Below are positions 11,136-19,922 of a stretch of 64,000 nucleotides of DNA, one piece after another. Position 1 is the first letter of the stretch. Each line of letters starts with the position of its first letter. The position numbers and the translations under genes were made by a program. This stretch comes from a virus. Below the pieces are notes generated by a model. The model saw only the letters and a program-made list of their open reading frames with translations. It was not told where the DNA came from and searched no databases. The stretch covers positions 1-64,000 of the IMG/VR virus record IMGVR_UViG_3300009103_001934; one strand, written 5' to 3'.

Positions 11136-11464
11136 GGCTCAAATAAGAGAAAGTTGTCTGCATGTATAGAGTACATAAATAACGGTAAGTTATGACTAAG
11201 GCTTATTGACTCATCTAACCCTGAGAATTCGATATTGTCTTGAGTATGAGAGTGATAATAAGCTACTATTTTTCCATGCTTGTAGCCTTGTAACAAATCC
11301 GAACTAGATATTTCAAAGTGCCTCTCTTTATTATAGGAGGCATTTTCGCACTTTATTACTTTAATATCTCCCCCCCGTTCAACAATTAAGCCGCAACACT
11401 CGTTGGGCGCTTCTTCCAGAGCGTGATTTTTAATATATAATTTTTGTTTATCGTTTAAGTCCAT
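11132..11464 (-). CDS. JAB/MPN domain tail protein (gpK N-terminal half; no NlpC/P60)
   Basis: HALEEAPNECCGLI, YYHSHT..FSGLD JAB motif. Start moved to the ATG at 11464, just past the gpL stop. Confidence 0.85.
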   Translation of the reverse strand: MDLNDKQKLYIKNHALEEAPNECCGLIVERGGDIKVIKCENASYNKERHFEISSSDLLQGYKHGKIVAYYHSHTQDNIEFSGLDESISLSHNLPLFMYSIHADNFLLFEP

Positions 11465-11465
11465 G

Positions 11466-12647
11466 TTATTGCGATACATATTTAGAATTTGTTCCCGGGA
11501 AGCCCCCAAACGGAAGGAAGCTGTTTGTTGCTCCCTCACAGTTGTTCGCTGCGCATCTCCCTTGCGCTGTTGAGTTGCAAGTTCCGGGCGAGCATGATTT
11601 TGCTGCTCCCGCCGCGCCCCATCTTTTTTTGCATCCGTCTAAGGTTTTAGAGCACCTGTCTGCTTCCCAGTATACCGTGTTAGGGGGAGATGCAAGCGAG
11701 GGTACGCTACCCCCATCCGGATTGCCTCGAGAAACATAGTAATATCTCACGGAATTTTTTTCAAGGTAAACTACTTTCCCTGCGGCATAACTTTTACTGT
11801 TATCATACGGTTCTACGTCCGTAGCTTTGATTTGAGAGGGGTCATAAGTGCCGTTGTTCATTTTGCCTGTTATTAATTCGTCCGCGTCATTTGCTACGGG
11901 AGGGGCGAAGTCTGGCAAATGATCTGTTGCACCAAATAAGTTTTTTTGTTTAGCTAATTCGCTGGCGTCGCCCCCTTTAAATTCGTAACAGCAACCCTCG
12001 CCCCTATATTTCCAAGGACATCTTGTAGCTAAAACTAACCTACCGGGTATTTTGAAATTTTGCATATCTAAAACAGAGGACAACTCAAATGATATATGCA
12101 CTTTATCTTCTGTAATTTTTCTTTCTATATGATATATCTCTCTGGGGAATTCTGGGTTGGTTCCAGCGAACTGCCCGACTCCAGATATCCATGTGTTTTC
12201 TGCGTCTAAGAACTTTTTGTAAGTCCTAATTCTGGTAATCTTGGCGCCTATCATGTTGTTTAGTTCTAGCACCGCTCTCTTTAGGCTATTGAATCGCGAA
12301 TATGTTTCCTCTTCTTTTTGAGCTATTCCTGTTAACGAGGTAAAAGTTAGGGAGGGTCTGGGTAACTCTCCGCCAGAATCTACCTCGAAGCCTTCTGTCA
12401 GGATAGGCATAGCGTGATAGGTGTCGCCCTTAAAGTATATTTTTTTATTTCCCAGCGTTTCGTTGTTGTGAAATCTTAGGTAGTCTTCTGGTATAGTGGA
12501 ACTCGTGTTTAACGATAGGTTCGTTTTAATTTCGGATATATCTATTTCGAAAAGCTCTATAATGGCCGTGCTCTCTAAAGAGTGAGCTTCTTTATTTATG
12601 TCTTTGACGGTGCTTTGCGCTGTCGATGTATTGATTTTATCAGCCAT
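11466..12647 (-). CDS. Minor tail protein L (lambda gpL-like, Cys Fe-S motif) with CBM-like insert
   Basis: IIELFEID, YHAMPILTEGFE, LPRPSLTF, IGAKITRIRT, RCPWKYRG..C, CSKTLDGCKKRW, LPFGGFPG. Confidence 0.92.
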   Translation of the reverse strand: MADKINTSTAQSTVKDINKEAHSLESTAIIELFEIDISEIKTNLSLNTSSTIPEDYLRFHNNETLGNKKIYFKGDTYHAMPILTEGFEVDSGGELPRPSLTFTSLTGIAQKEEETYSRFNSLKRAVLELNNMIGAKITRIRTYKKFLDAENTWISGVGQFAGTNPEFPREIYHIERKITEDKVHISFELSSVLDMQNFKIPGRLVLATRCPWKYRGEGCCYEFKGGDASELAKQKNLFGATDHLPDFAPPVANDADELITGKMNNGTYDPSQIKATDVEPYDNSKSYAAGKVVYLEKNSVRYYYVSRGNPDGGSVPSLASPPNTVYWEADRCSKTLDGCKKRWGAAGAAKSCSPGTCNSTAQGRCAANNCEGATNSFLPFGGFPGTNSKYVSQ

Positions 12648-12649
12648 AC

Positions 12650-13171
12650 TTATGATACCTCTTCAAAAACCGCTTGGATATTGTAATCATTATTAAAATT
12701 GAACGTACTGGACCAACTCGGGGAAATCATTTTTTTAATGACAGAATAGGGGGATGGGCACTTAAAGTAAAACGATTGGTACCCTTCTTTAGACGACAAA
12801 AAATGCAGTATTGCCGCCGCTTCCTGTTCGCTTCTATTATTGAATGAGACTTGAAAATTAAGCAAACTATTATTTGTCCCTTGAGCTATTCTTTGTTTGT
12901 ATCCATCTCCAAATTCTATTACATCTACCTTCGGTTCGTGTTGAGTATTGGCTCCGTAAGAGAAGGCCCAAAAAAAGTAAGGCTTTTCAGAAGTGCTTAG
13001 TCCGTCTTGTATATTTATGGTTCCTCCCCAATACGCTGAAGACGCGCTTGGAGTAAGATTTAATACGTCCTGAGCCTTTGAATAATAAAAAAGGCCGTTG
13101 TGACTGACTATATCATTAGTATTATACGTTTTTGACCCCGAATAGGGCCCTATATTATAAATCGATGCCAT
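12650..13171 (-). CDS. Minor tail protein M (lambda gpM-like) with N-terminal CBM5/12-like module
   Basis: EPKVDVIEFGDGYKQR..GTNN, F..R...EAAAILHFL. Start moved to ATG 13171 (MASIY), which has an AAGGA SD-like site upstream. Confidence 0.88.
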   Translation of the reverse strand: MASIYNIGPYSGSKTYNTNDIVSHNGLFYYSKAQDVLNLTPSASSAYWGGTINIQDGLSTSEKPYFFWAFSYGANTQHEPKVDVIEFGDGYKQRIAQGTNNSLLNFQVSFNNRSEQEAAAILHFLSSKEGYQSFYFKCPSPYSVIKKMISPSWSSTFNFNNDYNIQAVFEEVS

Positions 13172-13196
13172 ATTATTCCTTGTACCTTGTATCTTA

Positions 13197-13217
13197 TTTA
13201 CACTATAATAGTGTAAA
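13197..13217. promoter_or_regulatory. 10-bp inverted repeat TTTACACTAT-A-ATAGTGTAAA carrying back-to-back GTGTAA motifs at the divergent tail junction
   Basis: Arms 13197-13206 and 13208-13217 are exact reverse complements; lies between divergent genes. Confidence 0.7.
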
Positions 13218-13241
13218 ATAATTATGTAATTCAAGTAAAAG

Positions 13242-14342
13242 ATGGCTGTTTATACTCACAAAGACATTAAAGTTGCTATTGGAGACGCCGAAGTCTGCTG
13301 CTCTTCTCTATCCATTAATAATTCTGCCCCCCTCGAGCCCCTTTTTAGTATTGATAAGTCTGTTCCTAGTGAAATTAAGAACACAAAAGAAAGGGGCGGA
13401 TCTGTGAAGTTACAATATTATTTATCAGAACAAGGAGTCGGTTCTGTTGGGACCGATCCGATTTTGACTTATATTGCCTCACCCGGTACGCACATCCCCG
13501 TTAAATTTGCGGGCTTAAGTATATCTTCTGGTTATTTAGTTAACTATTCTTTAACGATGAATCAGTACGCGTTTGCGACTGCTACAGCAGATATAAAATT
13601 TTACGAAGATGTAGCTGGGACTTTTACTCCAGTTAAGTCTACGATTCTTCCTTCCGAATTAGAAATATTGAGGTCGACTAATGCGGAGATAGAGGGAGGA
13701 AAAAGTTTTTCTAAAGATAACGTGAAGAGTTTGTCTTATTCATACCAGTGTGAAATAGTTCCCGTCTTTCATGCGGGCAGTACGGCTCTACAGGGGGTAA
13801 CTAGGGGAAGAAAAAAAATAGATTCAAAAATTACTGTGTATGGCTCAGATTTATCCTTGCCCCAAACGGGCATAAAAGAAAATTTTAAAATTAATTTAAA
13901 AGATAAAAATAGCGTCACGAAACGGTCTTTTGTTCTCGACGGAGTGCTTTCTAAAAAAGACACTAGCTATCAAGTCGGCGGCGCTGTCACTTCTACTTAT
14001 GAGGTGGGCTCAGCTAAACTGGGGGCGTTAGAAGGAGGTGGACCCAGCATTTCGTCCCTTTCTATCACGCAGGGCGCGCCGGCAAACGTAGCTAAAGCTA
14101 CGGCTCATTCTCAGTGTACTATAGGGGGGAATAATTTTTTAAATATTGATCGTGTCTTGGTTGGAGAATTCCCATGCGAGATAATTTCTTCTAACGAAGC
14201 AGAAATTGTTTTCGAAATTTCCCCCGATATTTTATCGGGGTACGCCGCTCCAGTTAGAGTAGTTACCGAAGGGGGCGAAGAAAATTCGAGGCCTGTAGTT
14301 TTCCATGTTACGGGAGGTCTAACCGACATGCACGGATTTTAA
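13242..14342 (+). CDS. Tail tube-like tandem-domain protein with C-terminal IPT/TIG domain
   Basis: Two SLS..x..P.F tube-like repeats (SSLSINNSAPLEPLF; KSLSYSYQCEIVPVF); IPT/TIG pattern PSISSLS..G...IGGNNF...V.VG..C.I.S....I.......V.V.T.GG. Confidence 0.6.
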   Translation: MAVYTHKDIKVAIGDAEVCCSSLSINNSAPLEPLFSIDKSVPSEIKNTKERGGSVKLQYYLSEQGVGSVGTDPILTYIASPGTHIPVKFAGLSISSGYLVNYSLTMNQYAFATATADIKFYEDVAGTFTPVKSTILPSELEILRSTNAEIEGGKSFSKDNVKSLSYSYQCEIVPVFHAGSTALQGVTRGRKKIDSKITVYGSDLSLPQTGIKENFKINLKDKNSVTKRSFVLDGVLSKKDTSYQVGGAVTSTYEVGSAKLGALEGGGPSISSLSITQGAPANVAKATAHSQCTIGGNNFLNIDRVLVGEFPCEIISSNEAEIVFEISPDILSGYAAPVRVVTEGGEENSRPVVFHVTGGLTDMHGF

Positions 14343-15046
14343 TTTTTTGACTTAATTTTTTTTAGCCTTTCGATTAATTCAAAAGCTTTTAGCTTGGGTA
14401 TGTCACTGATACTGGCCATAGACTCTGCGCTTTCATATTTTTCGCCTAAGAGCTTTTGCTTAATTTTTTCGAAGCTTACTCCCTTTTCCATCATAACTGC
14501 TTGGAGCATATTACGCGGGTCCATAGAGTTGTCTGAGGTATGAGAACTGGTGTTCGTTGAGGATGGTGGCGCGTCTGCGCCGCCAAGCTCCTCCTTGCCT
14601 ACAATATTAATCTTTAAAAAATTTCTTACGCATCGCACAAAGGCTCTATTTTCCGCGATAGGACCGAGGAAGTTGCGAGCAAAACTGTTTGTGTTGTGAG
14701 GCGAAGCGTCACCGATAGCAGAAAAAACAACGGGCTCGCTCTCCGTTTCGTAATTAGGTTTCCAAGTTATTGTACAGGTCGCCGCCACATAGTCTGAACT
14801 TGGCGAAACTACATCGTAGGTAACGTTTGTGTATCCACGGATTTGAGCTAGCTCTTTAATTCCCCCAAGCAAAATGATCAATTGATAATCTTTGAGTTTT
14901 GTGACGTCTGTTTCACTTGTCCTATCTTTATTCGGCACGAGATGCTCTGGCTTGACCATTTTTCTCCAATCAATCAGTCCGTCTTCTGTAAAAGAATATT
15001 TTACGCCCTTGATTAAGCCCTCAGCATTTCTTTCGATTTTCTTCAT
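14339..15046 (-). CDS. Putative single-strand annealing protein (Rad52/ERF-like)
   Basis: LLGGIKELAQIRG, FSAIGDAS..N, IAENRAFVRCVRNFL.I..VG.EEL resembles the SSAP core motif (AETRA..RALR..L). Confidence 0.55.
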   Translation of the reverse strand: MKKIERNAEGLIKGVKYSFTEDGLIDWRKMVKPEHLVPNKDRTSETDVTKLKDYQLIILLGGIKELAQIRGYTNVTYDVVSPSSDYVAATCTITWKPNYETESEPVVFSAIGDASPHNTNSFARNFLGPIAENRAFVRCVRNFLKINIVGKEELGGADAPPSSTNTSSHTSDNSMDPRNMLQAVMMEKGVSFEKIKQKLLGEKYESAESMASISDIPKLKAFELIERLKKIKSKN

Positions 15047-15052
15047 AAAAGG

Positions 15053-15081
15053 ATTATACTAAATAACCAAAAATAGGTCAA
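15053..15081 (-). promoter_or_regulatory. Sigma70-type promoter TTGACC-17-TATAAT, 6 nt before ATG
   Basis: Direct sequence reading on the minus strand. Confidence 0.8.
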
Positions 15082-16274
15082 GAAGTTTTTTCTAGAATTA
15101 AGTAATTATCTAGGTCTGCCCAAAAGTCTGGGTGGTCGATCACTTTCGCTGGCGGGAGACAATTCACGTCCATTACTGGTGGATTATTTTCTAAATAAAC
15201 GTTACTCTGATAGAGGTCGTTCCTTAGTACTGTTAGACAGCTACTCTTATAATAAATATTATTTAAATTCTTGCCTTTTAGTTCGCTTTTCAGGTCGTTT
15301 TTCGAAGTAATTTTCTTAGCTATGATAGGAGCTATATCTAGATACTTTAATTTAATGCTGTTTAGTTTTGAGTCTTCTAGCTTACTCATGGCGAAAAATT
15401 TTACCCCAGCTGTTTTTAGTAATTTAAAGTAATTTACGTCAGTATCTTCACCCACAAAAAACACGTATTCATTTATGCGTGACTTGTATTTTTGGAGTAA
15501 ACTCACATTAATAGGCTGGTCTGTAACGATAGAGCAGGGGCAGATTCTGAGTTGTCTTTCTAAGGACTCTTCGTTAAAATACATATCCATACGAACGATC
15601 ATGGATTCTACTCCCATTTCTACGTGATTTGTAATAAAGTTAACTGGAACCACCTCTATCTTGTTGACGTGATATTCTCTGCCTGTATATAAAGTTTTAT
15701 ACGGGTAATCATACTCAAGCCGCAAAAGTTTGCAGACGCTTTTAGCTATATCTTCTGGCTTTATGGTATTTATAGTCTTGGGGTCTTCTTCTATGCTATA
15801 GCTTGGTTTCTCATGGCTTTCTCTAGGCGGCTCAAGTAAGATTACGTCCTTGCTGTCACTCCAGTATGGTCCAGTTTGGGATGGTAGCATGTTTGAATAA
15901 ATCCCTACAATTTTTTTCTTAACTCCCGATGCAAAATGTATACCAAAGCTATCTATGCCTAAGTGTAATAATGAATTTTTAATTAGGTACGATGCTTGAG
16001 AAAAAGACGTCTTTCCTCGCATGTCATAGCACCCCTGTATGGGGTTTTCGTTTTTTGTCCCTAATTGAATTACTTTAATATTATTGTCTGTCAGCACCGG
16101 CTTCAGTATCTCCATTACTTCTTTCCAGTAGTCGTATTGTCTACTGGGGTATTTGCCAAAGGGCTGTAGTGTAATGTAACCACATCTAAACGGTAAGGGT
16201 ACAAATTTATCATATAGATAGGGCTGATCTATTTTAAGACCGGTATTTAGGGAGAATGACTCGACTAGGTGCAT
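15078..16274 (-). CDS. GT9-like glycosyltransferase (C-terminal nucleotide-binding half only) plus extra domain
   Basis: ITLQPFGKYPSRQYDYW, VIQLG, RGKTSFSQASYLIKNSLLHLGIDSFGIHFASG match the GT9 C-domain; no GT9 N-domain in this ORF. Confidence 0.7.
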   Translation of the reverse strand: MHLVESFSLNTGLKIDQPYLYDKFVPLPFRCGYITLQPFGKYPSRQYDYWKEVMEILKPVLTDNNIKVIQLGTKNENPIQGCYDMRGKTSFSQASYLIKNSLLHLGIDSFGIHFASGVKKKIVGIYSNMLPSQTGPYWSDSKDVILLEPPRESHEKPSYSIEEDPKTINTIKPEDIAKSVCKLLRLEYDYPYKTLYTGREYHVNKIEVVPVNFITNHVEMGVESMIVRMDMYFNEESLERQLRICPCSIVTDQPINVSLLQKYKSRINEYVFFVGEDTDVNYFKLLKTAGVKFFAMSKLEDSKLNSIKLKYLDIAPIIAKKITSKNDLKSELKGKNLNNIYYKSSCLTVLRNDLYQSNVYLENNPPVMDVNCLPPAKVIDHPDFWADLDNYLILEKTS

Positions 16275-16276
16275 AT

Positions 16277-16648
16277 TTAATTTTTATTAAAAGTTAGTGA
16301 TTTATAAACCAAAAGCGAAAAAATATAGCACGTAGGGATTAATACGAAACTTTTCGCTAGTAGGCAGAAAACTACGGTCATCCAGAACCCCAAACAATAA
16401 ACGCAAGTTATCATTCTGGTTAAAAATGAATTGTGATTTAATGATAAATAATAAAGGTAGGTAAGCTCTGGGTCTAGCTCCTTCTTCTTTTCGTAGTCTT
16501 CGATTAGGAAAAATTTTGACCCACCTAGTATTTTAGCGTACTCTTCGAAAGCTGTAGTTTCAAACCATACGAATAAAGCGGTTACGACTATGCTCGCCAG
16601 ATAAATTATATCAAAAATTGTTGATAGATCTAATATGTGTGGATTCAT
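16277..16648 (-). CDS. Small membrane protein with CxxC (DUF1360-like)
   Basis: Two hydrophobic segments; ITCVYCLGFW motif. Confidence 0.5.
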   Translation of the reverse strand: MNPHILDLSTIFDIIYLASIVVTALFVWFETTAFEEYAKILGGSKFFLIEDYEKKKELDPELTYLYYLSLNHNSFLTRMITCVYCLGFWMTVVFCLLAKSFVLIPTCYIFSLLVYKSLTFNKN

Positions 16649-17072
16649 GTTTTGGTATTCTTCCTAGTGCGTGTTGCGAGGCATACAGTTCAACACCGTA
16701 TTCATGCGCCAAGCTTAGAGCAGATTTATCTTTTTGATAAATATTATCAAAGATAACTTTTTTTATTCCGTATGCTGATATAGTTCTGATACATTCTGTG
16801 CAAGGTAACAGCGTTGTCGCCAATAGGTAACACTCCTTGGGCATAATATACCGAAGAGCGTTTGTCTCTGCGTGTACAACCTTTGCTCTTCTCTCGTCCC
16901 TATTTGACCAATCTATATTTATACCGGGCGGCGCTCCATTATAGCCAATACCCGCAACAGTATTATCCTCCCTTAATGCACATGCGCCCACTTGCACATG
17001 GGGATCTTCGCTACGTTTAGCTGCGACTTTCGCTAGCTCTAGCGCATATTCTGCCCAGCTGATCCTTGACAC
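16611..17072 (-). CDS. dCMP deaminase
   Basis: RSEDPHVQVGAC, GIGYNG, HAETNAL, PCTEC zinc motifs. Confidence 0.93.
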   Translation of the reverse strand: MSRISWAEYALELAKVAAKRSEDPHVQVGACALREDNTVAGIGYNGAPPGINIDWSNRDERRAKVVHAETNALRYIMPKECYLLATTLLPCTECIRTISAYGIKKVIFDNIYQKDKSALSLAHEYGVELYASQHALGRIPKHESTHIRSINNF

Positions 17073-17074
17073 AA

Positions 17075-17344
17075 TTAAGCTTCGTTCTTTTTATAAACGT
17101 TTAAGGGTCTGCCAAAGGCGGTCTTGAGGGTAGCTACTTTTAGAATTCCCCCTCTTACTAGTTCTGCCCTCATCTTTTTACGAATAGAAGACGCAGATAA
17201 AACATTAGACTCCTTGAGAGAATCAAAGGTAAATTCCCCTTGCGGCCAAGAGATCTCTTGCTTCGGGCGTCCTCGAGTTCGCTTTCGAGACGGGGCGCAA
17301 ACATTTTCAGTTAAGTTATTTTGAGTATCCGTATATGTATTCAT
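17075..17344 (-). CDS. Small basic DNA-binding protein (AT-hook plus winged-helix-like)
   Basis: KRTRGRPK AT-hook and C-terminal GRP..VY wing motif. Confidence 0.55.
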   Translation of the reverse strand: MNTYTDTQNNLTENVCAPSRKRTRGRPKQEISWPQGEFTFDSLKESNVLSASSIRKKMRAELVRGGILKVATLKTAFGRPLNVYKKNEA

Positions 17345-17352
17345 ATGTTGTA

Positions 17353-17381
17353 AAGGTACGACATATCTGGGATTAAGTCAA
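17353..17381 (-). promoter_or_regulatory. Sigma70-type promoter TTGACT-17-TACCTT
   Basis: 8 nt upstream of ATG 17344. Confidence 0.55.
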
Positions 17382-17387
17382 CTTTTT

Positions 17388-17416
17388 TTGCAATTTTATT
17401 TTGCATGGGTTATAAT
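17388..17416 (+). promoter_or_regulatory. Sigma70-type promoter TTGCAA-17-TATAAT, 6 nt before ATG 17423
   Basis: Direct reading; back-to-back with the minus-strand promoter. Confidence 0.7.
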
Positions 17417-17422
17417 GAGGTA

Positions 17423-17854
17423 ATGACAGTACTCGAAGCCTCTGGACATCTTTACAATTGGTTTTCAGAAAATCATTCTTTTTCGTTAGAAAAGGACTTC
17501 ATAAAAATTGTAACTATTACTGAGCACCCGAGCAGAGACAGGGCTGCGTTTTTATGCGCACTAAGTGATTTCGAAAAGGGGGAGATGATTAAAAAGGCTA
17601 GGGTGGGTGACGAAGAGTACTGGGTTTTGCAAAGGTCTTTTCTGATGTATCCCCAAACAATTTCAATCAGTTCAGACACTTCGTTGATAATGTCTACGGT
17701 AATAAATAAATTCTGCGAAATAATTGGTAACGATAAAGACATGTGTAATCCAGCTGAAATATCCGAAGAAGACATAAAGAACTTATTGTACATTTGTAAT
17801 TATTTAACAAAAGACGCAGAGAAAGATGTTGACTTAAATCAGGAACTCGAGTAA
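17423..17854 (+). CDS. Hypothetical protein
   Basis: Open frame; start moved to ATG 17423 by promoter spacing. Confidence 0.7.
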   Translation: MTVLEASGHLYNWFSENHSFSLEKDFIKIVTITEHPSRDRAAFLCALSDFEKGEMIKKARVGDEEYWVLQRSFLMYPQTISISSDTSLIMSTVINKFCEIIGNDKDMCNPAEISEEDIKNLLYICNYLTKDAEKDVDLNQELE

Positions 17855-18220
17855 CTTTCTGAAAAGCGAAATTCTTTTAAGCTCGCTGGGAGCAATCAGT
17901 GGAGTTTTCCTGAGATGAGATTTTATGAATCAGGATTTTTGGCAGAAATCTATATTCAAGGGTATGCCTAGGAATGATACGATCCTAAAAAAACTAACAG
18001 GTAACTCCTGTTGCATCACCCCGGCGTGTTGTGGTAGGCTATTGTAATGAGTTTTCAGCACAGTTTCTCATCCCATAAGGGAAGATAGCCCTCGAAAGAG
18101 TTGCGTATAAGTCCGCTGAATGTCCCATCAGTATTTAAAATCACTGGGTCTAAGAAAAATGATTTGTATAACGCAAGCCCCCTTCTAGGGGGTATTGTGT
18201 TTCCATGTTCTAGAAAAATG

Positions 18221-19078
18221 TTATTGTATAACCGATTCGTGCCCTTCTCTGGGATTTAATATAAAAGATTCATCCCAATCTATTCTTTGATACCTCCACC
18301 ACCGACGAGCTTTGGATTGGTGCTTCGACGGCTTGTACAACCAGAGACAGGTATCCCTTCTTTCGTGCTTTGGTAAAAGATCTCCTGATACAGAGGGGTC
18401 AGATATGATATTTGCCAATTCTTTTTCGAAGACACCAAACACTTCTGAACGGTTTATAGTTTTTTCTCCCGTCTCTGTACTGGGTATTTTGTCACCGATT
18501 AATTTCATCATTTTTGAACTTGTGAGGCCATTACACCCACAGATAGCCCATCGTTGCCTCACTCCGCATCGGTATGGCCAAAGGCCATTTGTGGCGATCC
18601 ATGCAGTGTTGTTGTGTGATAACAATATGTTAAGATTATTTTTTAAAAAATCGTCTTTTAAAATTAAATTGTCATCTTCATTAAAAAACCAGTAAGAATA
18701 TTGATTTTTAAAAAGCTGATAAGCATGATTGAAGCATCCCATACTAAATCCTTTATTTTCTTTTTCTAATAATATTATCTTTCCGTTAATAGTTTTCGCT
18801 CCGTCTGCTTCCCAAATTGTTTTTCTGTATTGTCGGTAAAGCAACTCGTCCATAGACTCTAATTCTGTCGGGGTAGGCATATGGTGAACAAGGCAGATGT
18901 CCATTTTAGCGCCAAAATCTATCTTTTTGTATTTATCTAACATATACTCTAATAAATATAGGGAATGGATTTGATTTTGCTCTCTCCTGCGTCCGCTCCA
19001 GCATGGTATTATCATTAATGTTCGGCTTTGTTCTAACTCTTGTTCTGCTCTCCTTTTTTTTCTTTTATATCTCGGCAT
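18221..19078 (-). CDS. GT-A fold glycosyltransferase-like protein (paralog of 21599-22438)
   Basis: ENKGFSMGCFNHAY, YWFFNEDD acidic motif. Start moved to ATG 19078 (MPRYKRKKRR), 10 nt after GTGTAA. Confidence 0.65.
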   Translation of the reverse strand: MPRYKRKKRRAEQELEQSRTLMIIPCWSGRRREQNQIHSLYLLEYMLDKYKKIDFGAKMDICLVHHMPTPTELESMDELLYRQYRKTIWEADGAKTINGKIILLEKENKGFSMGCFNHAYQLFKNQYSYWFFNEDDNLILKDDFLKNNLNILLSHNNTAWIATNGLWPYRCGVRQRWAICGCNGLTSSKMMKLIGDKIPSTETGEKTINRSEVFGVFEKELANIISDPSVSGDLLPKHERRDTCLWLYKPSKHQSKARRWWRYQRIDWDESFILNPREGHESVIQ

Positions 19079-19088
19079 ATAAATATAA

Positions 19089-19094
19089 TTACAC
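19089..19094 (-). promoter_or_regulatory. GTGTAA putative late-promoter motif
   Basis: 10 nt upstream of the start codon. Confidence 0.5.
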
Positions 19095-19136
19095 TTCTGT
19101 ATTTGATTATTTCCCCTTTTTGGTTTATTTGTTGAT

Positions 19137-19922
19137 ATGAAATCTTTGCTAGCTATCACTACCTACAATCAAATTCACTACACGGATCTTTTATTAAAAA
19201 CATTTAAATACAGTCCTGACGTTGAAGTTTTGATTATCGATGATTTTAGTGCGGATAACTATTCGTCTCTAGCCAGAAAGTATGGGGTAAACATAATTAC
19301 GAAAGATCAAGGGTTCGGACCAACACACTCTTGGAATCTCGCTTATCAAAAATTTAAAAATGGTAAGTACAAAAATTTATTTATAAGTAATAATGATGTT
19401 ATTATCCCCGATGGCGCACTAAAAAGCATGGAGCGCTCGTTAGAGCAGCACATGATTGTCGTCCCCTTTTGTAACCCACAGGGGATTAGCAGTCTCGGGG
19501 AACAGCAGGATATAGCTAGATATAAAGAGCTCAGATTATTTAAATATAATTCTCGTAGGGCCCCAAGCGATCTATTTACATACGAAAATATTCAAGAAAT
19601 TCAAAATAAAATTAAAAATACCTCAGAAAACAGAACTATAGCTTCCTTCGGAGGGCACTTCATGGGGTTCAACAGGGATATCATGAATTATGAATTCGAA
19701 AAAGATATTTTATTTGATCCCAGTAGGAAGTTTACCGGGGGAGATAATGAGATCTGGCGAAGGATGAGAAATCAGGGTATAAGGGCAACTCTATGCAAGT
19801 CTTCATATGTGTTTCACTTTAGATATGGAACAAGCGATGATACCACAGATAGAAGAAAACTTGGGATACAGAGGAATTTAGATTTCAGTAAAACGGACAG
19901 CGTAGTCCCGTTCCCCCTCTAG
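19137..19922 (+). CDS. GT2-family glycosyltransferase
   Basis: LAITTYN, LIIDDFSAD, GFGPTHSWN, FISNNDV, GGDNE..R motifs. Confidence 0.85.
   Translation: MKSLLAITTYNQIHYTDLLLKTFKYSPDVEVLIIDDFSADNYSSLARKYGVNIITKDQGFGPTHSWNLAYQKFKNGKYKNLFISNNDVIIPDGALKSMERSLEQHMIVVPFCNPQGISSLGEQQDIARYKELRLFKYNSRRAPSDLFTYENIQEIQNKIKNTSENRTIASFGGHFMGFNRDIMNYEFEKDILFDPSRKFTGGDNEIWRRMRNQGIRATLCKSSYVFHFRYGTSDDTTDRRKLGIQRNLDFSKTDSVVPFPL

Noticed and set aside
18009-18047. Conotoxin/enterotoxin-like resemblance of SCCITPACCGR
   Set aside because: Too short to be significant, cysteine spacing differs from those families and there is no signal peptide; kept only as a candidate small ORF.
19079-19159. Apparent divergent 5' overlap of ORFs 18221-19159 and 19137-19922, and similar overlaps in the track
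   Set aside because: Artefact of longest-ORF start calling; more plausible starts (e.g. 19078, 13171, 11464) remove the overlaps.
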